Source of the DNA: an uncultured Actinomycetes bacterium
GTDB lineage: Bacteria; Actinomycetota; Acidimicrobiia; Spongiisociales; DATADW01
Length of the DNA stretch: 64,000 nt
Direction: 5' to 3'
NCBI GenBank assembly: GCA_963824995.1
Contig: CAWGRK010000007.1
Location: forward strand, 1-64,000
Part shown: positions 23,307 to 32,889 of the stretch, one piece after another
Layout: every line of letters starts with the position of its first letter
Position numbering within the stretch: position 1 is the first letter of the stretch
Notes under the pieces: model-generated
Seen by the model: only the letters and a program-made list of their open reading frames with translations
The model's database searches: none
Told to the model about the DNA's origin: nothing
Made by a program: the position numbers and the translations under genes

Positions 23307-23741
23307 TCACTGAAGGCAGAACTCGTTTCCCTCCGGGTCTTGCATGACGATCCAGTACTCGCCCCTTTCGTCCGCGGCTCGGAGTTGGGTGGCGCCGAGG
23401 GCAGCCAGCCGGTGAGCCTCTGAGTCGACTTTCTCCCGTCGTTCTTCGATGGGACGGCTCAGGCCGCCGCCCACGTTGAGATCGAGGTGGACCCGGTTCT
23501 TGGCCGTCTTCGGTTCGGGGACCCGCTGGATGAAGATGCGAGGGAGTTTCCCTTCGGGGTCGCTCAGTGCGTATGCGTCGTTCCAGTGATCCTCGGGGAT
23601 CCCTGACTTGCGGAGCCACTGTTCCCAGTCGGTAAACCCGTCGGGTGGCTTGTCCTCTTCATACCCGAGCGCCTCCGCCCAGAAGCCACCGAGCCCTCGT
23701 GGGTCGGCCGCATCAAATGTCACCTGGAAACCAACCGACAT
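23307..23741 (-). CDS. VOC/glyoxalase-like protein
   Basis: FQVTFDAADPRGLGGFWAEALGY, PEPKTAKNRVHLDL, MQDPEGNEFC. Confidence 0.88.
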   Translation of the reverse strand: MSVGFQVTFDAADPRGLGGFWAEALGYEEDKPPDGFTDWEQWLRKSGIPEDHWNDAYALSDPEGKLPRIFIQRVPEPKTAKNRVHLDLNVGGGLSRPIEERREKVDSEAHRLAALGATQLRAADERGEYWIVMQDPEGNEFCLQ

Positions 23742-23782
23742 CTCCGCCTCCCGTTGAAATTTGTTGGCGGCACGATCCTCGC

Positions 23783-24039
23783 ATGAGCCACGGCCCAGCG
23801 CCAAGGGGTTGGAGGCTGTTCTCCGTAGTAGTGGTCCTGGCGGTGTTGGCCGAGGCGTGCAATGTCCCTGACAGGACCCAACGGCGGTGGTCACGCCCGA
23901 GGGTGCCGACGCCATCCTTCTCGGACCCCAAGGAGTCTGCGATCCGATACCGCCTCAAGAGGGGGTGGAACCTGGTGATTTGGAGTGCGTCGGTGGTCGT
24001 TTAGCCGAATGGGAGCTTCAGGTTCGCGTCATCGAGTGA
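23783..24039 (+). CDS. Possible small secreted protein or lipoprotein (needs one indel)
   Basis: Signal-like RLFSVVVVLAVLAEAC; shifted frame reads TAVVTPEGADAILLGPQGVCDPIP...ECVGGRLAEWELQVRVIE*. Confidence 0.35.
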
Positions 24040-24078
24040 CCGCCCCCGTTCGTCGGTGGCGGGTGGCACCATGCCGGG

Positions 24079-25280
24079 GTGATCGATCCGCGCCTCGCCC
24101 TTGCTGGTTCCGGCGGTAGAGGCGGCGAGGCGCGCCTTGCGGGACATGGAACCCGAGGACGTTCCCGCTTCGGTCCACCGGGTGGCGCGGAGCACGGCCC
24201 GGAAGCTGCCGCCACCGCTGGCACGCTCGCTGGCGGAGGCGCTCGATGACGACCAATGGTTGCGCGATAAAGCGCTCGAGGCCTGGCCCGAGGCCGACCC
24301 CGATGCCACGTCGCCAAAGCTGGCGGTGAGCGCTTTGTTTCTCCTGCGCCCCGATGGGTGGGAGGAGCGGGTCGAGGAGATCGTCGCTGCCGAGGAGGAG
24401 TTGTCCCAGGCGGGAACCGTCGAGGCGCTGCGGGCCATGGTGGAGAGGCTCCAAACCGATCTGGGGTCAGCCCGCGAGAAGGCAAAGGCTGAAGGCGACC
24501 GCGCCGAGTCGGCAGAAGCCGAAGCAGCACGGGCAAAGAGCCGCGCCCGCAAGACCGTGGCACCTGCGCCGGCACCGAACGTCACTCGGCGCGCCGAGGA
24601 CGCTGAGCGGCGGTTGGCCGACTTGCAGCGGGAACTCGACGAGGCCGATGAGCGGATCAACCGCCTGCGTGATGATCTGCTCAAAGCGCGCCGGGCGGCC
24701 CGGGAAGCCTCGGTGGCGGCGCCCCCCTCCGCTTGGGCGCGCCGCCATCCTCGGGAGACCGCAAGGCTGCTCGACGGGCTCACCGCGGCGCTCCGTCCAG
24801 CCGCCAGCGGCGAGGGAGGCGAGTCTGAGCCGGCCGCCGTGGTGGTTGCAGTTCCCGAAGGCCATCGCACCCGATAAGGCCGACGCGGTGGACTGGCTGC
24901 TCAAACAGACCGAACCGCTGACCTTGCTCGTCGACGGCTACAACCTCAGCTTCCTGCTCGAGGAGCCAGCCAACTTCTCCACGGCGGACTCCAGGGAGAG
25001 GCTGGTGGCGCGTCTCGCCCGGATCCGGCGGATGGCCATGGCACCGCTGAGGGTGATCGTCGTTTTCGACACCAGGAGCGAGCCCTCCACGGGTCGAAAA
25101 CGAGGAGGGATCGAGGTCCGCTTCGCCGCATCGGGCGACGACGAGTTGGTCCGACTCGCCGAGAGCATCGATGGCACGGTGGTCGTGGTCAGCAACGACC
25201 GCGAAGTCCGTGAGCGCGCCGCCGCCATCGGGGCGATCACCCTCTGGTCGGCGGCCGTCGCCGACTGGCTCCACCGCTGA
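24079..25280 (+). CDS. Coiled-coil protein with C-terminal NYN (YacP-like PIN) ribonuclease domain; apparent indels near 24100 and 24860
   Basis: LLVDGYNL...IVVFD...VRFA..GDDELV...VVVSNDREV; N-terminal helical/coiled-coil ORF 24101..24877. Confidence 0.78.
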
Positions 25281-25283
25281 ATT

Positions 25284-25408
25284 CACGAACCCAGGGTTCG
25301 AACCGTCGCACAGCAGACGTTTCGAGCCCACGGAACGGGCTGCCCGGTCAAGACCACGAACCCAGGGTTCGAACCGTCGCACAGCAACGTTTCGGGCCCA
25401 CAGAACGG
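25284..25408 (+). repeat. Two tandem ~55-bp imperfect hairpin repeats, period 71 bp
   Basis: CACGAACCCAGGGTTCGAACCGTCGCACAGCA(G)ACGTTTCG(A/G)GCCCAC(G/A)GAACGG at 25284 and 25355. Confidence 0.88.
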
Positions 25409-25451
25409 CGTGCTGGAAGTGGGTCGCCTCGAGGCTGTCACAATCGAGGCG

Positions 25452-26687
25452 ATGGGGTCCTCGATCTTGGTCGTCGGTGGTGGATTCGCCGGGGTGAGCG
25501 TCGCCCGGGGCCTCGGGGCGCGGGCCGAGGTGACCGTCGTCTCGGACACCAACTTCCTGCTCTTCACCCCGATGCTCGCCGAGGTGGCGGCGGCGGACGT
25601 CGACCCGAGGCACATCATCAGCCCCGTCCGCCAGCTGTGCCCCCACGCCAGACTCGTCCAGGGCGAGGTCCTGGCCATCGATCCGGTGCGGCGCAGCGTG
25701 TCGGTCCGGCCCCCCTTCGGTGGCGAGCCGATCGAGCTCGAGGCGGACGCCATGGTCCTTGCGATGGGTGGGATCTCAGCCACGTTCGGGGTCCCCGGGG
25801 TTGCCGAGCTGGCGCTCCCGTTCAAGACCATCTCCGACGGTCTGCGGATCCGCAACCGGGTCCTCGCTCTGTTGGAGAGAGCGTCCGAGCAACCCGATCC
25901 CGATCTCACCCATGTCGCCGTGGTCGGTGCCGGGTATTCGGGGGCTGAATTGGCGGCGGCGCTGGCCGACTTTCTCAGCCGGGCATGGCCCCAGTTCTAT
26001 GCAACCGCCCCACCGCCCCGGGTCACGTTGATCGACGCTGTAGAGAGGGTGGTCCCGATGCTCCCTGCCCGGCTCGGGGCGAAGGCGGAGGAGGCGCTTC
26101 GCGAAAGAGGGGTGCGGATCATCCTGGGGACATCGGTGTCGCAGGTCACACCCACCGGTCTGGAACTTGCCGACGGACGGACTATCGAGGCTGCCACCGT
26201 GGTGTGGGCGGCGGGCGTCCGACCGCACCCGTTGGTGGGGACCCTGGGACTGCCCACCGATCGGGGACGTTTGGTCACAGACGAACACCTGCAGGCGGCG
26301 CCTGGTGTGTTCGCCCTCGGCGACCTGGCGGCGGTCCCAGATGGAAGGGGCGGCACCTCGCCCCCGACGGCGCAGTTCGCTTTGAGACAGGGCAAGTACC
26401 TCGGACGGCACCTCCCCGAGTTGATCGCAGGTTCCAAGGCACCGAAGTTCAGGTACAGCACGATTGGCCAGTTGGTCTCGCTCGGCCACCGCAACGCGGT
26501 TGGGTTGGTGATGGGGGTTCCCGTGACCGGTTTCATCGCCTGGTTCCTGTGGCGGTCCTATTACCTGCTCCGGCTTCCAACCTTGCTCCGCAAGGCACGT
26601 GTGGCCATGGACTGGAGCCTCGACCTCCTCTTCCCACCCGACATCGCCTGGCTGCCCACGACCGATCTCGGACCGCCCCCGGTATAG
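25452..26687 (+). CDS. NAD(P)/FAD-dependent oxidoreductase, type II NADH dehydrogenase family
   Basis: VVGGGFAG, FTPMLAEVA, VVGAGYSGAELA, ALGD, PPTAQFA. Confidence 0.88.
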   Translation: MGSSILVVGGGFAGVSVARGLGARAEVTVVSDTNFLLFTPMLAEVAAADVDPRHIISPVRQLCPHARLVQGEVLAIDPVRRSVSVRPPFGGEPIELEADAMVLAMGGISATFGVPGVAELALPFKTISDGLRIRNRVLALLERASEQPDPDLTHVAVVGAGYSGAELAAALADFLSRAWPQFYATAPPPRVTLIDAVERVVPMLPARLGAKAEEALRERGVRIILGTSVSQVTPTGLELADGRTIEAATVVWAAGVRPHPLVGTLGLPTDRGRLVTDEHLQAAPGVFALGDLAAVPDGRGGTSPPTAQFALRQGKYLGRHLPELIAGSKAPKFRYSTIGQLVSLGHRNAVGLVMGVPVTGFIAWFLWRSYYLLRLPTLLRKARVAMDWSLDLLFPPDIAWLPTTDLGPPPV

Positions 26688-26733
26688 AGAGCTTTGCTCA
26701 TAAACGTCACACTTATGTCGTAGTGTTGACGGG

Positions 26734-27378
26734 ATGGTCTATGCCGTCATCGGAGATGTGGTCGAGTCTCGCCAGGCGTCCGACCAGCGTCACATGCTGG
26801 AAGGCCTCGCCGCCGATCTCGATTGGGTCAACTCCCAGGTGGAGGCGGTCCAAGCCCTGGCACCGACGGTCGGCGACGAGTTCCAGGCGGTCTACCTCTC
26901 GCTGGGGGCAGCGCTCGACGCGACGCTGCTTCTGCGACTCCGGCGCACCATCGCCGACCAGGACCTGCCGGCGGGCCTCCGGTTCGGAATCGGTGAGGGC
27001 GAGATCGTCCAGGCCCAGGTGGCAGATCCGCCGTACGGCCAGAGCGGGACCGCATGGTGGAACGCGCGAGAGGCCATTGACGGCATCGAAGTGAATGCGG
27101 CTCGGAACAGATGGCCCCGCAGCGCGCAGACCGCCTTCGCCGGAAGCGATGAGGCCCTCGAAGCCGCGGTGAATGCCTTTCTGCTGACGCGAGATGCCCT
27201 GTTTGCCCGGGCCGACCGCAGCGACGCCCGCATCTGTCTCGGTCTCTTCCTCGGAGAGTCGCAGCGCGTGGTCGCCGAGGACCTCGGCGTCACCCAGCCT
27301 GCAGTGGCGCAGCGCTCGGCCGACAAGGGGTGGCATGCGGTCTGGCAGGCCCATGCACTCTTTGGGGGACAGTCGTGA
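26734..27378 (+). CDS. SatD family protein (cyclase-like N-terminal domain + C-terminal HTH)
   Basis: IGDVVESR, TVGDEFQ, LRFGIGEG, GTAWWNAREAI, HTH SQRVVAEDLGVTQPAVAQR. Confidence 0.8.
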   Translation: MVYAVIGDVVESRQASDQRHMLEGLAADLDWVNSQVEAVQALAPTVGDEFQAVYLSLGAALDATLLLRLRRTIADQDLPAGLRFGIGEGEIVQAQVADPPYGQSGTAWWNAREAIDGIEVNAARNRWPRSAQTAFAGSDEALEAAVNAFLLTRDALFARADRSDARICLGLFLGESQRVVAEDLGVTQPAVAQRSADKGWHAVWQAHALFGGQS

Positions 27379-28115
27379 CCTGGCTGGCAGTGGTCCTGCT
27401 CGGGATAGGGGTAGGCGACGCTATCGCTGCCGGTCTCGGCGGCGAACCGCGCTCGACGGTCCGGGTCGCCATTGGTGCGTTGGCCGGGGCCGTGGCCAGT
27501 CTCCTCGCCGCCCTGCTTGTCGGGCTCGAACTGCTGCCCGCCCTTGTGGCGGGCGGCTTGGTGGCAGTGGGCTGTGCGGGGTGGAACCTCCTCCGACTCC
27601 CTCCCACGCCCTCCGCGGCGCTTCCATCATCCAGGGCGTGGTGGGCTCTCGCCGTCCTGGGTGCGACCATCGCACTGACCCTGGTCGTTGGCGCGGTGTG
27701 GGGGGCGACGTTTGCAGATTCCCCCCAGCTGGTGGTGATCGGCTCGGTGGCGGTGCTGGGGGTCCCGGCCAACGGGGTCGTCCGGACGGTGCTCGCCGCC
27801 TCGGGGACCGAGTTCCGCCGCTCCGAGCAGACCCTTCGGGGTGGGAGGGTCATCGGAGTGGTGGAGCGGCTTCTCATCTTCACCTTGGCACTGGCAGGTC
27901 AGCTCACTGCGGCGGTGGTGGTAGCCACGGCCAAGGGGATTCTCCGATTCCCGGAACTGCAGGCCGCCAGGGAACGCGCCATCGAAGTGGTCGGCGAGGG
28001 CCGCCACGCGGTTGAAGCCCCATCGCAGGTGGATGTCATCACCGAGTACTTCCTGGTGGGCTCGCTCACGAGTTGGCTACTAGCAGTCGTCCTCGGTCTG
28101 GCGGCCTCCTCCTAG
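27375..28115 (+). CDS. Multi-TM membrane protein, DUF3307-like partner of SatD
   Basis: GTGA overlap; C-terminal GGRVIGVVERLLIF...AKGILRFPEL...TEYFLVGSLTSW. Confidence 0.7.
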   Translation: MTWLAVVLLGIGVGDAIAAGLGGEPRSTVRVAIGALAGAVASLLAALLVGLELLPALVAGGLVAVGCAGWNLLRLPPTPSAALPSSRAWWALAVLGATIALTLVVGAVWGATFADSPQLVVIGSVAVLGVPANGVVRTVLAASGTEFRRSEQTLRGGRVIGVVERLLIFTLALAGQLTAAVVVATAKGILRFPELQAARERAIEVVGEGRHAVEAPSQVDVITEYFLVGSLTSWLLAVVLGLAASS

Positions 28116-28156
28116 GCGGCAGACGGCGGACGAACCGGAGCGACGATCTCTTGCCT

Positions 28157-28348
28157 TCAGCCGGTGGCGCGTCTCGGGACTAGGCGCAGGCCGGGGATCA
28201 AACCGACGTCGGCGAGGTGTTCCAGAGCTTCCATTTCGCCTTCGTCCATTTCGAGCGGCCCGCGCTGTGGTTCCAGCAGGAACGTGACGACACAGTCGTC
28301 GCAGGCAGAAGTGTGCTGCATGGCGCATTCGTCACAATCGATGAGCAT
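28157..28348 (-). CDS. Small Cys-rich conserved hypothetical protein (CxxC-x7-CxxC)
   Basis: MLIDCDECAMQHTSACDDCVVTFLL...ALEHLADVGLIPGLRL; GGGAG RBS. Confidence 0.75.
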   Translation of the reverse strand: MLIDCDECAMQHTSACDDCVVTFLLEPQRGPLEMDEGEMEALEHLADVGLIPGLRLVPRRATG

Positions 28349-28403
28349 TGATGCCGCTCCCGCTTGGCTCTTCTCAACCTATCGGGAGGGTGTGACAGGG
28401 AAA

Positions 28404-28559
28404 GAGGGAAGTCGGAAGACGGAAGGCGGAAGTAGGAACCGGCTTGAGCCCATCGCAGGGGTCTCGGCTCGTTGAGTCCTGCGCCAAGAATGTCCAGACC
28501 TTGCTTTGGGCTTCGGTTTGCGTCTGCCGTCTGCCGTCTGCCGTCCGCCGTCCGCCGTC
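28404..28559. repeat. Inverted pair of family A heptamer arrays in the divergent spacer before ilvD
   Basis: GnnGGAA x5 at 28404-28438; (T/C)GCCGTC x5 at 28525-28559. Confidence 0.88.
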
Positions 28560-28581
28560 TCTAGGGACGTACCATCGGACC

Positions 28582-30250
28582 ATGCCTCCCAAGATCCACT
28601 CCCAGGACGTCACCGAGGGTTTCGCCAAGGCGGGGGCCCGCGCCATGTTGCGGGCCGTCGGGTTGCAGGAGGAGGACTTTGCCCGCCCGCAGGTCGGGCT
28701 GGTCTCGGCCGGCAACGAGGTGACCCCATGCAACCTGACCGGTCCGATGCTGGCGGCCGAGGCGAAGCGGGGGGTTCGCGCCAATGGCGGGGTTGGTCTC
28801 ACCTTCGCCACCATCGCCGTCTCCGACGGGATCTCGATGGGGCACGAGGGGATGCGTGCTTCCTTGGTGTCCCGCGAAGTCATCGCCGACTCGGTCGAAC
28901 TCGTCATGCACGCCGAGCGGTTCGATGCCCTGGTGGCCATCGCCGGGTGTGACAAGTCGCTGCCCGGGATGCTGATGGCGGCCGCCCGGCTCAATCTGCC
29001 TGCGGTGTTCCTCTACGGCGGCTCGAGCCTCCCCGGTCGCATCGGGGGCAGGGACATCTCGCTCGTGGACGTGTTCGAAGGAATCGGGGCGTTATCCGAG
29101 GGCCGGATCGACGAAGCGGACCTTTTGGAGTTGGAGCGTCACGCCTGTCCGGGTGCCGGGTCGTGCGCGGGGATGTTCACCGCCAACACCATGGCTTCGG
29201 TTGGTGAGGCGTTGGGGATGTCCCTTCCGGGTAGCGCCAGCGTTCCCGCCACCGATCCGAGACTGATCGAATATGCCGAGGCGTCCGGCGCCGCCGTGAT
29301 GGCATTGCTCGAGAGCGGGCTTCGGCCCCGCTCGATCCTCACCAGGGAGGCCTTCGAGAATGCGGTTACCACTGTCATGGCCCTCGGTGGCTCGACCAAC
29401 GCCGTTCTCCACCTGATGGCTATCGCCCGCGAGGCCGAGGTCGAATTGGAATTGGAGGATTTCGACCGGATAAGCAGGCGAACCCCCCACCTCGGCGACC
29501 TCAAGCCATTCGGGCGGTTCCACATGGTCGATCTCGACCGGGTGGGCGGCGTCCCCTCGGTGCTCAGGGCACTGCTCGACGCCGGCCTGCTCCACGGAGA
29601 CGCCACAACCGTCACCGGCCGCACGATGGCCGAGAACCTGGAGGGAGTGGGGCCGCCGGCCGACACATCGGTGATTCGCCGCGTGGAGGAACCTCTCGCC
29701 GTCGAGGGGGGGATCGCCGTGCTGCGAGGCACGCTCTGCCCGGAGGGTGCTGTGGTCAAGGTGGCAGGCATCCATGTGGAGCGTTTCGCCGGCCCCGCCC
29801 GGGTCTTCGACGGCGAGCAGGAATCGCTCGACGCCCTCTTCAATCACGACATCCACCCCGGTGAGGTGGTGGTGATCCGCTACGAAGGGCCGGCCGGGGG
29901 GCCCGGCATGCGCGAGATGCTCCAGATCACCGCGGCGATCAAAGGTGCCGGGTTGGGCCGAGAAGTGCTCCTCATCACCGACGGGCGCTTCTCGGGTGCC
30001 ACCACGGGTCTCTGCATCGGGCACGTCGCCCCCGAGGCGGTGTCGGGGGGGCCGCTCGCCCTGGTGGCGGAGGGCGACACGATCGTCCTCGACGTGCCGG
30101 CCCGACGGCTCGACCTGATGGTGGACGACGCCGAGTTGGAGCGGCGGCGCGGCAGGCTGGAAGCCACCCGAGCCGAGATACCCGACCGGCGCACTGGCCA
30201 AGTACGCACGTCTGGTGGGATCGGCCGAGCACGGGGCGGTCACCGGCTGA
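28582..30250 (+). CDS. ilvD: Dihydroxy-acid dehydratase; apparent indel near 30155
   Basis: [53 protein letters not shown]; shifted tail [20 protein letters not shown]. Confidence 0.95.
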
Positions 30251-30253
30251 GAG

Positions 30254-31039
30254 ATGCTCCTGGTGTCAGACATCCATGGCGCCTTCGGCGCCCTAGCTCG
30301 GGTGGCCGCGGCCGGTGAGACCCTCCTCGTTCTCGGTGACCTGATCAACTTCGTCGACTACCGGACCACCGACGGGATCATGGCCGAGATCTTCGGGTCG
30401 GAGTTCGTCGCCCAGGTGGCGGACGCTCGGGGGAGGGGCGATCTCGACACGAACCGCCGGCTATGGGTGCGGCACGCCGCCGGGCGCGAGGACGAGGTGC
30501 GGGCCAGGGTGGCCGAGTTGGTAGCTGAGCAGTACGAGAGGTGTCGTGAGGCGCTGGCGCCGGCCCGTGGCTACGTGACGTACGGGAACGTCGACTGGCC
30601 AGACCTGCTCCGCTCCATCCTTCCCCCTGGATGCCGCTTCGTCGATGGCGAGGCGGTGGAGATCGACGGTGTCACCGTGGGGTTCGTCGGCGGAGGCGCC
30701 CCGACCGTCATCCAGGCGAGAGGAGAGGTAACCGACGACCTCATGGAGTCCAAGCTGGCCGGAATCGGCGACGTCGAGGTGCTCTGTTCGCATCTGCCCC
30801 CGGCGCTGCCTCCGCTCCACACCGACGTGATCACCGGGCTCCCCGAGCGGGCCTCGCGCCCGCTGCTCGACTATGTCCGCCGGGTGCAGCCCCGCTACCA
30901 CTACTTCGGCGACGTCCACCAGCCGCAGGCCAACACCTGGCGCGTCGGGGTCACCAGGTGCGTCAATGTCGGGTATTTCCGCGCGACGGGGAGACCGGTA
31001 CGGCACCGTGCGAACGAGGTTCAACCGTGCGGTGAGTAG
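30254..31039 (+). CDS. Calcineurin-like metallophosphoesterase
   Basis: SDIHG, LGDL, YGNVD, CSHLPP, FGDVHQP. Confidence 0.85.
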   Translation: MLLVSDIHGAFGALARVAAAGETLLVLGDLINFVDYRTTDGIMAEIFGSEFVAQVADARGRGDLDTNRRLWVRHAAGREDEVRARVAELVAEQYERCREALAPARGYVTYGNVDWPDLLRSILPPGCRFVDGEAVEIDGVTVGFVGGGAPTVIQARGEVTDDLMESKLAGIGDVEVLCSHLPPALPPLHTDVITGLPERASRPLLDYVRRVQPRYHYFGDVHQPQANTWRVGVTRCVNVGYFRATGRPVRHRANEVQPCGE

Positions 31040-31077
31040 CCTCACCACTCCGCCCATCCCAGAGGAGCGTCGCACCG

Positions 31078-31524
31078 ATGGCTGAGAGCACCGTCCAGAG
31101 CATGGAGATCTCGGCACCGGCCGAACTCCTGTTCGAGGTGGCGGCGGATGTCGAGCGCTACCCGGAATGGGCCACGGGTGTCCGCAGGGTCGAGGTCCTC
31201 GAGCGCACGCCCGATGGCATGGCGCACAAGGCGCACTTCGTGGTCGAAGGGATGGTCAAGGAGATCGAGTACGACCTCGTCTACGAATACGACGCCCCGC
31301 GGCGCATGGCCTGGGTGGCCGAGCCGGGCGAGGACATAACATTGATGGAGGGGTCGTACGACTTCAAACCGCTCGAGGACGGGGCTACCGAGGTGGTGTA
31401 CGGGTTGCGCGCCGAGATCGCGTTCAAGATCCCGGGGTTTCTCCGCCGCCAGGTGGAGAAGCAGATCGTGGGGACGGCGCTGCGCGGCCTCCGGTCGAGA
31501 GCGGAGGAGCTTGCGGACGACTGA
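31078..31524 (+). CDS. SRPBCC/START (polyketide cyclase-like) protein
   Basis: ADVERYPEW, MEGSY, TEVVYGL, IPGFLRR. Confidence 0.85.
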   Translation: MAESTVQSMEISAPAELLFEVAADVERYPEWATGVRRVEVLERTPDGMAHKAHFVVEGMVKEIEYDLVYEYDAPRRMAWVAEPGEDITLMEGSYDFKPLEDGATEVVYGLRAEIAFKIPGFLRRQVEKQIVGTALRGLRSRAEELADD

Positions 31525-32702
31525 TGCGGATCGTCCTCGTCACCGGGAAGGGGGGAGTCGGGAAGACGACGGTCGCTGCCGCCACGGCCATCGCCGCGGC
31601 TGACAACGGCTACCGCACCCTCGTCGCTTCTACTGATCCCGCCCACAGCCTGGCAGATGCCCTCGATGTTCCGCTGGGTGATCGGCCGAGCGAAATAGTG
31701 CCCGGTCTCCTCGGCCAGCAGGTGGACGCCCAGGAGCAGTTGGAGAGACAGTGGGGGACCATCAGGAAGCAGCTCATGGCGGTCTTCGACTGGGGCGGTG
31801 TCACCGGGATCGAGGCCGAGGAGTTTCTCGTCTTTCCCGGGATGGACGAACTGTTCGCTCTGCTCGAAGTCAAGGAGCACGCCCGTTCCGGGCACTACGA
31901 CGCGGTAGTTGTCGATTGCGCCCCGACCGCGGAGACGCTTCGTTTGCTGTCACTACCAGAAGTGCTCTCTTGGTACGTCGATCGGATCCTCCCCACCGAG
32001 CGCCGCATCCTCAAAGCGGCCCGACCCGTGCTCAACCGCATGACCAACATCCCGCTCCCCGGGGACGAGGTCTTCAGCGCGGCCAACTCGATCTTCGAGG
32101 GGGTGGAGGATGTCAAGCGGCTCCTCTCCGACCCGGAGGTGACATCGGCGCGCCTGGTGGTCAACCCGGAGAAGATGGTGGTGGACGAGGCGCGCCGGAC
32201 ATACACCTACCTCGGCCTCTTCGGCTACGGCGTAGACGGCGTGGTGGTCAACCGGGTACTCCCCGAGGCGGTGGACGATCCCTATTTCGCCGGGTGGCGC
32301 GCCATCCAGGCAAAGCACATGGAGACGATCATCTCCTCCTTCCCTGACATACCCGTGCTTCCGCTGCGGCTCTTCGACGAGGAGATGGTGGGGGTCGAAC
32401 GTCTGCGGCTGCTCGCCGGTGAGCTTTACGGCGAGCGCGATCCGGTGCGTGGATTCACCGCCACTTCACCGTTCACGGTCGAGGAGCATGACAACGAGGT
32501 GACGCTGAACATGGCAGCGCCTTTCGTCGACAAGGCCGACCTCGAGGTGCTCCGACACGGCGATGAGCTTTACGTCACGGTCGGTCCCTACCGGCGCAGC
32601 TTCGTCCTCCCCGACTCGCTACGACGCCGTGAAGTCTCCAGGGCGCGCCTCGAGGAGGGATCGCTGCTGGTCACCTTCACCGAGACGGGCCGATCAAGGT
32701 GA
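31524..32702 (+). CDS. ArsA/Get3-family ATPase with C-terminal HSP20-like domain
   Basis: GKGGVGKTT, STDPAHSL, DCAPTAET, C-terminal GDELYVTVGPYRRSFVLP. Confidence 0.9.
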   Translation: MRIVLVTGKGGVGKTTVAAATAIAAADNGYRTLVASTDPAHSLADALDVPLGDRPSEIVPGLLGQQVDAQEQLERQWGTIRKQLMAVFDWGGVTGIEAEEFLVFPGMDELFALLEVKEHARSGHYDAVVVDCAPTAETLRLLSLPEVLSWYVDRILPTERRILKAARPVLNRMTNIPLPGDEVFSAANSIFEGVEDVKRLLSDPEVTSARLVVNPEKMVVDEARRTYTYLGLFGYGVDGVVVNRVLPEAVDDPYFAGWRAIQAKHMETIISSFPDIPVLPLRLFDEEMVGVERLRLLAGELYGERDPVRGFTATSPFTVEEHDNEVTLNMAAPFVDKADLEVLRHGDELYVTVGPYRRSFVLPDSLRRREVSRARLEEGSLLVTFTETGRSR

Positions 32703-32887
32703 CGGAGGAGCAGGGCCGTTCGATGGTCTCTGCCCTGCTCCGTGGTGGGCGCCGCGCCGCGATCCACCTCTTGATCGCGGGTATCGAGACCCTGCGCGCC
32801 GCCCAGGCAATGATCGACGAGATCAGCCACAGGCGCACCGATGACAGGGAGAACCCCGAGCCGCCGCTGCGGATACCGGTCGAGTAG
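32699..32887 (+). CDS. Small hypothetical protein between arsA-like gene and ROK kinase
   Basis: GTGA coupling; AIHLLIAGIETLRAAQAMID...RIPVE. Confidence 0.65.
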   Translation: MTEEQGRSMVSALLRGGRRAAIHLLIAGIETLRAAQAMIDEISHRRTDDRENPEPPLRIPVE

Positions 32888-32889
32888 CG

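Noticed and set aside
31167..31523. N-terminal extension of the ArsA ORF
   Set aside because: Overlaps the SRPBCC gene; coupled ATG at 31524 precedes the Walker A motif
31524..32702. Arsenic resistance operon
   Set aside because: Single-domain ArsA/Get3 type with HSP20 tail and no arsB, arsC, arsD or arsR nearby
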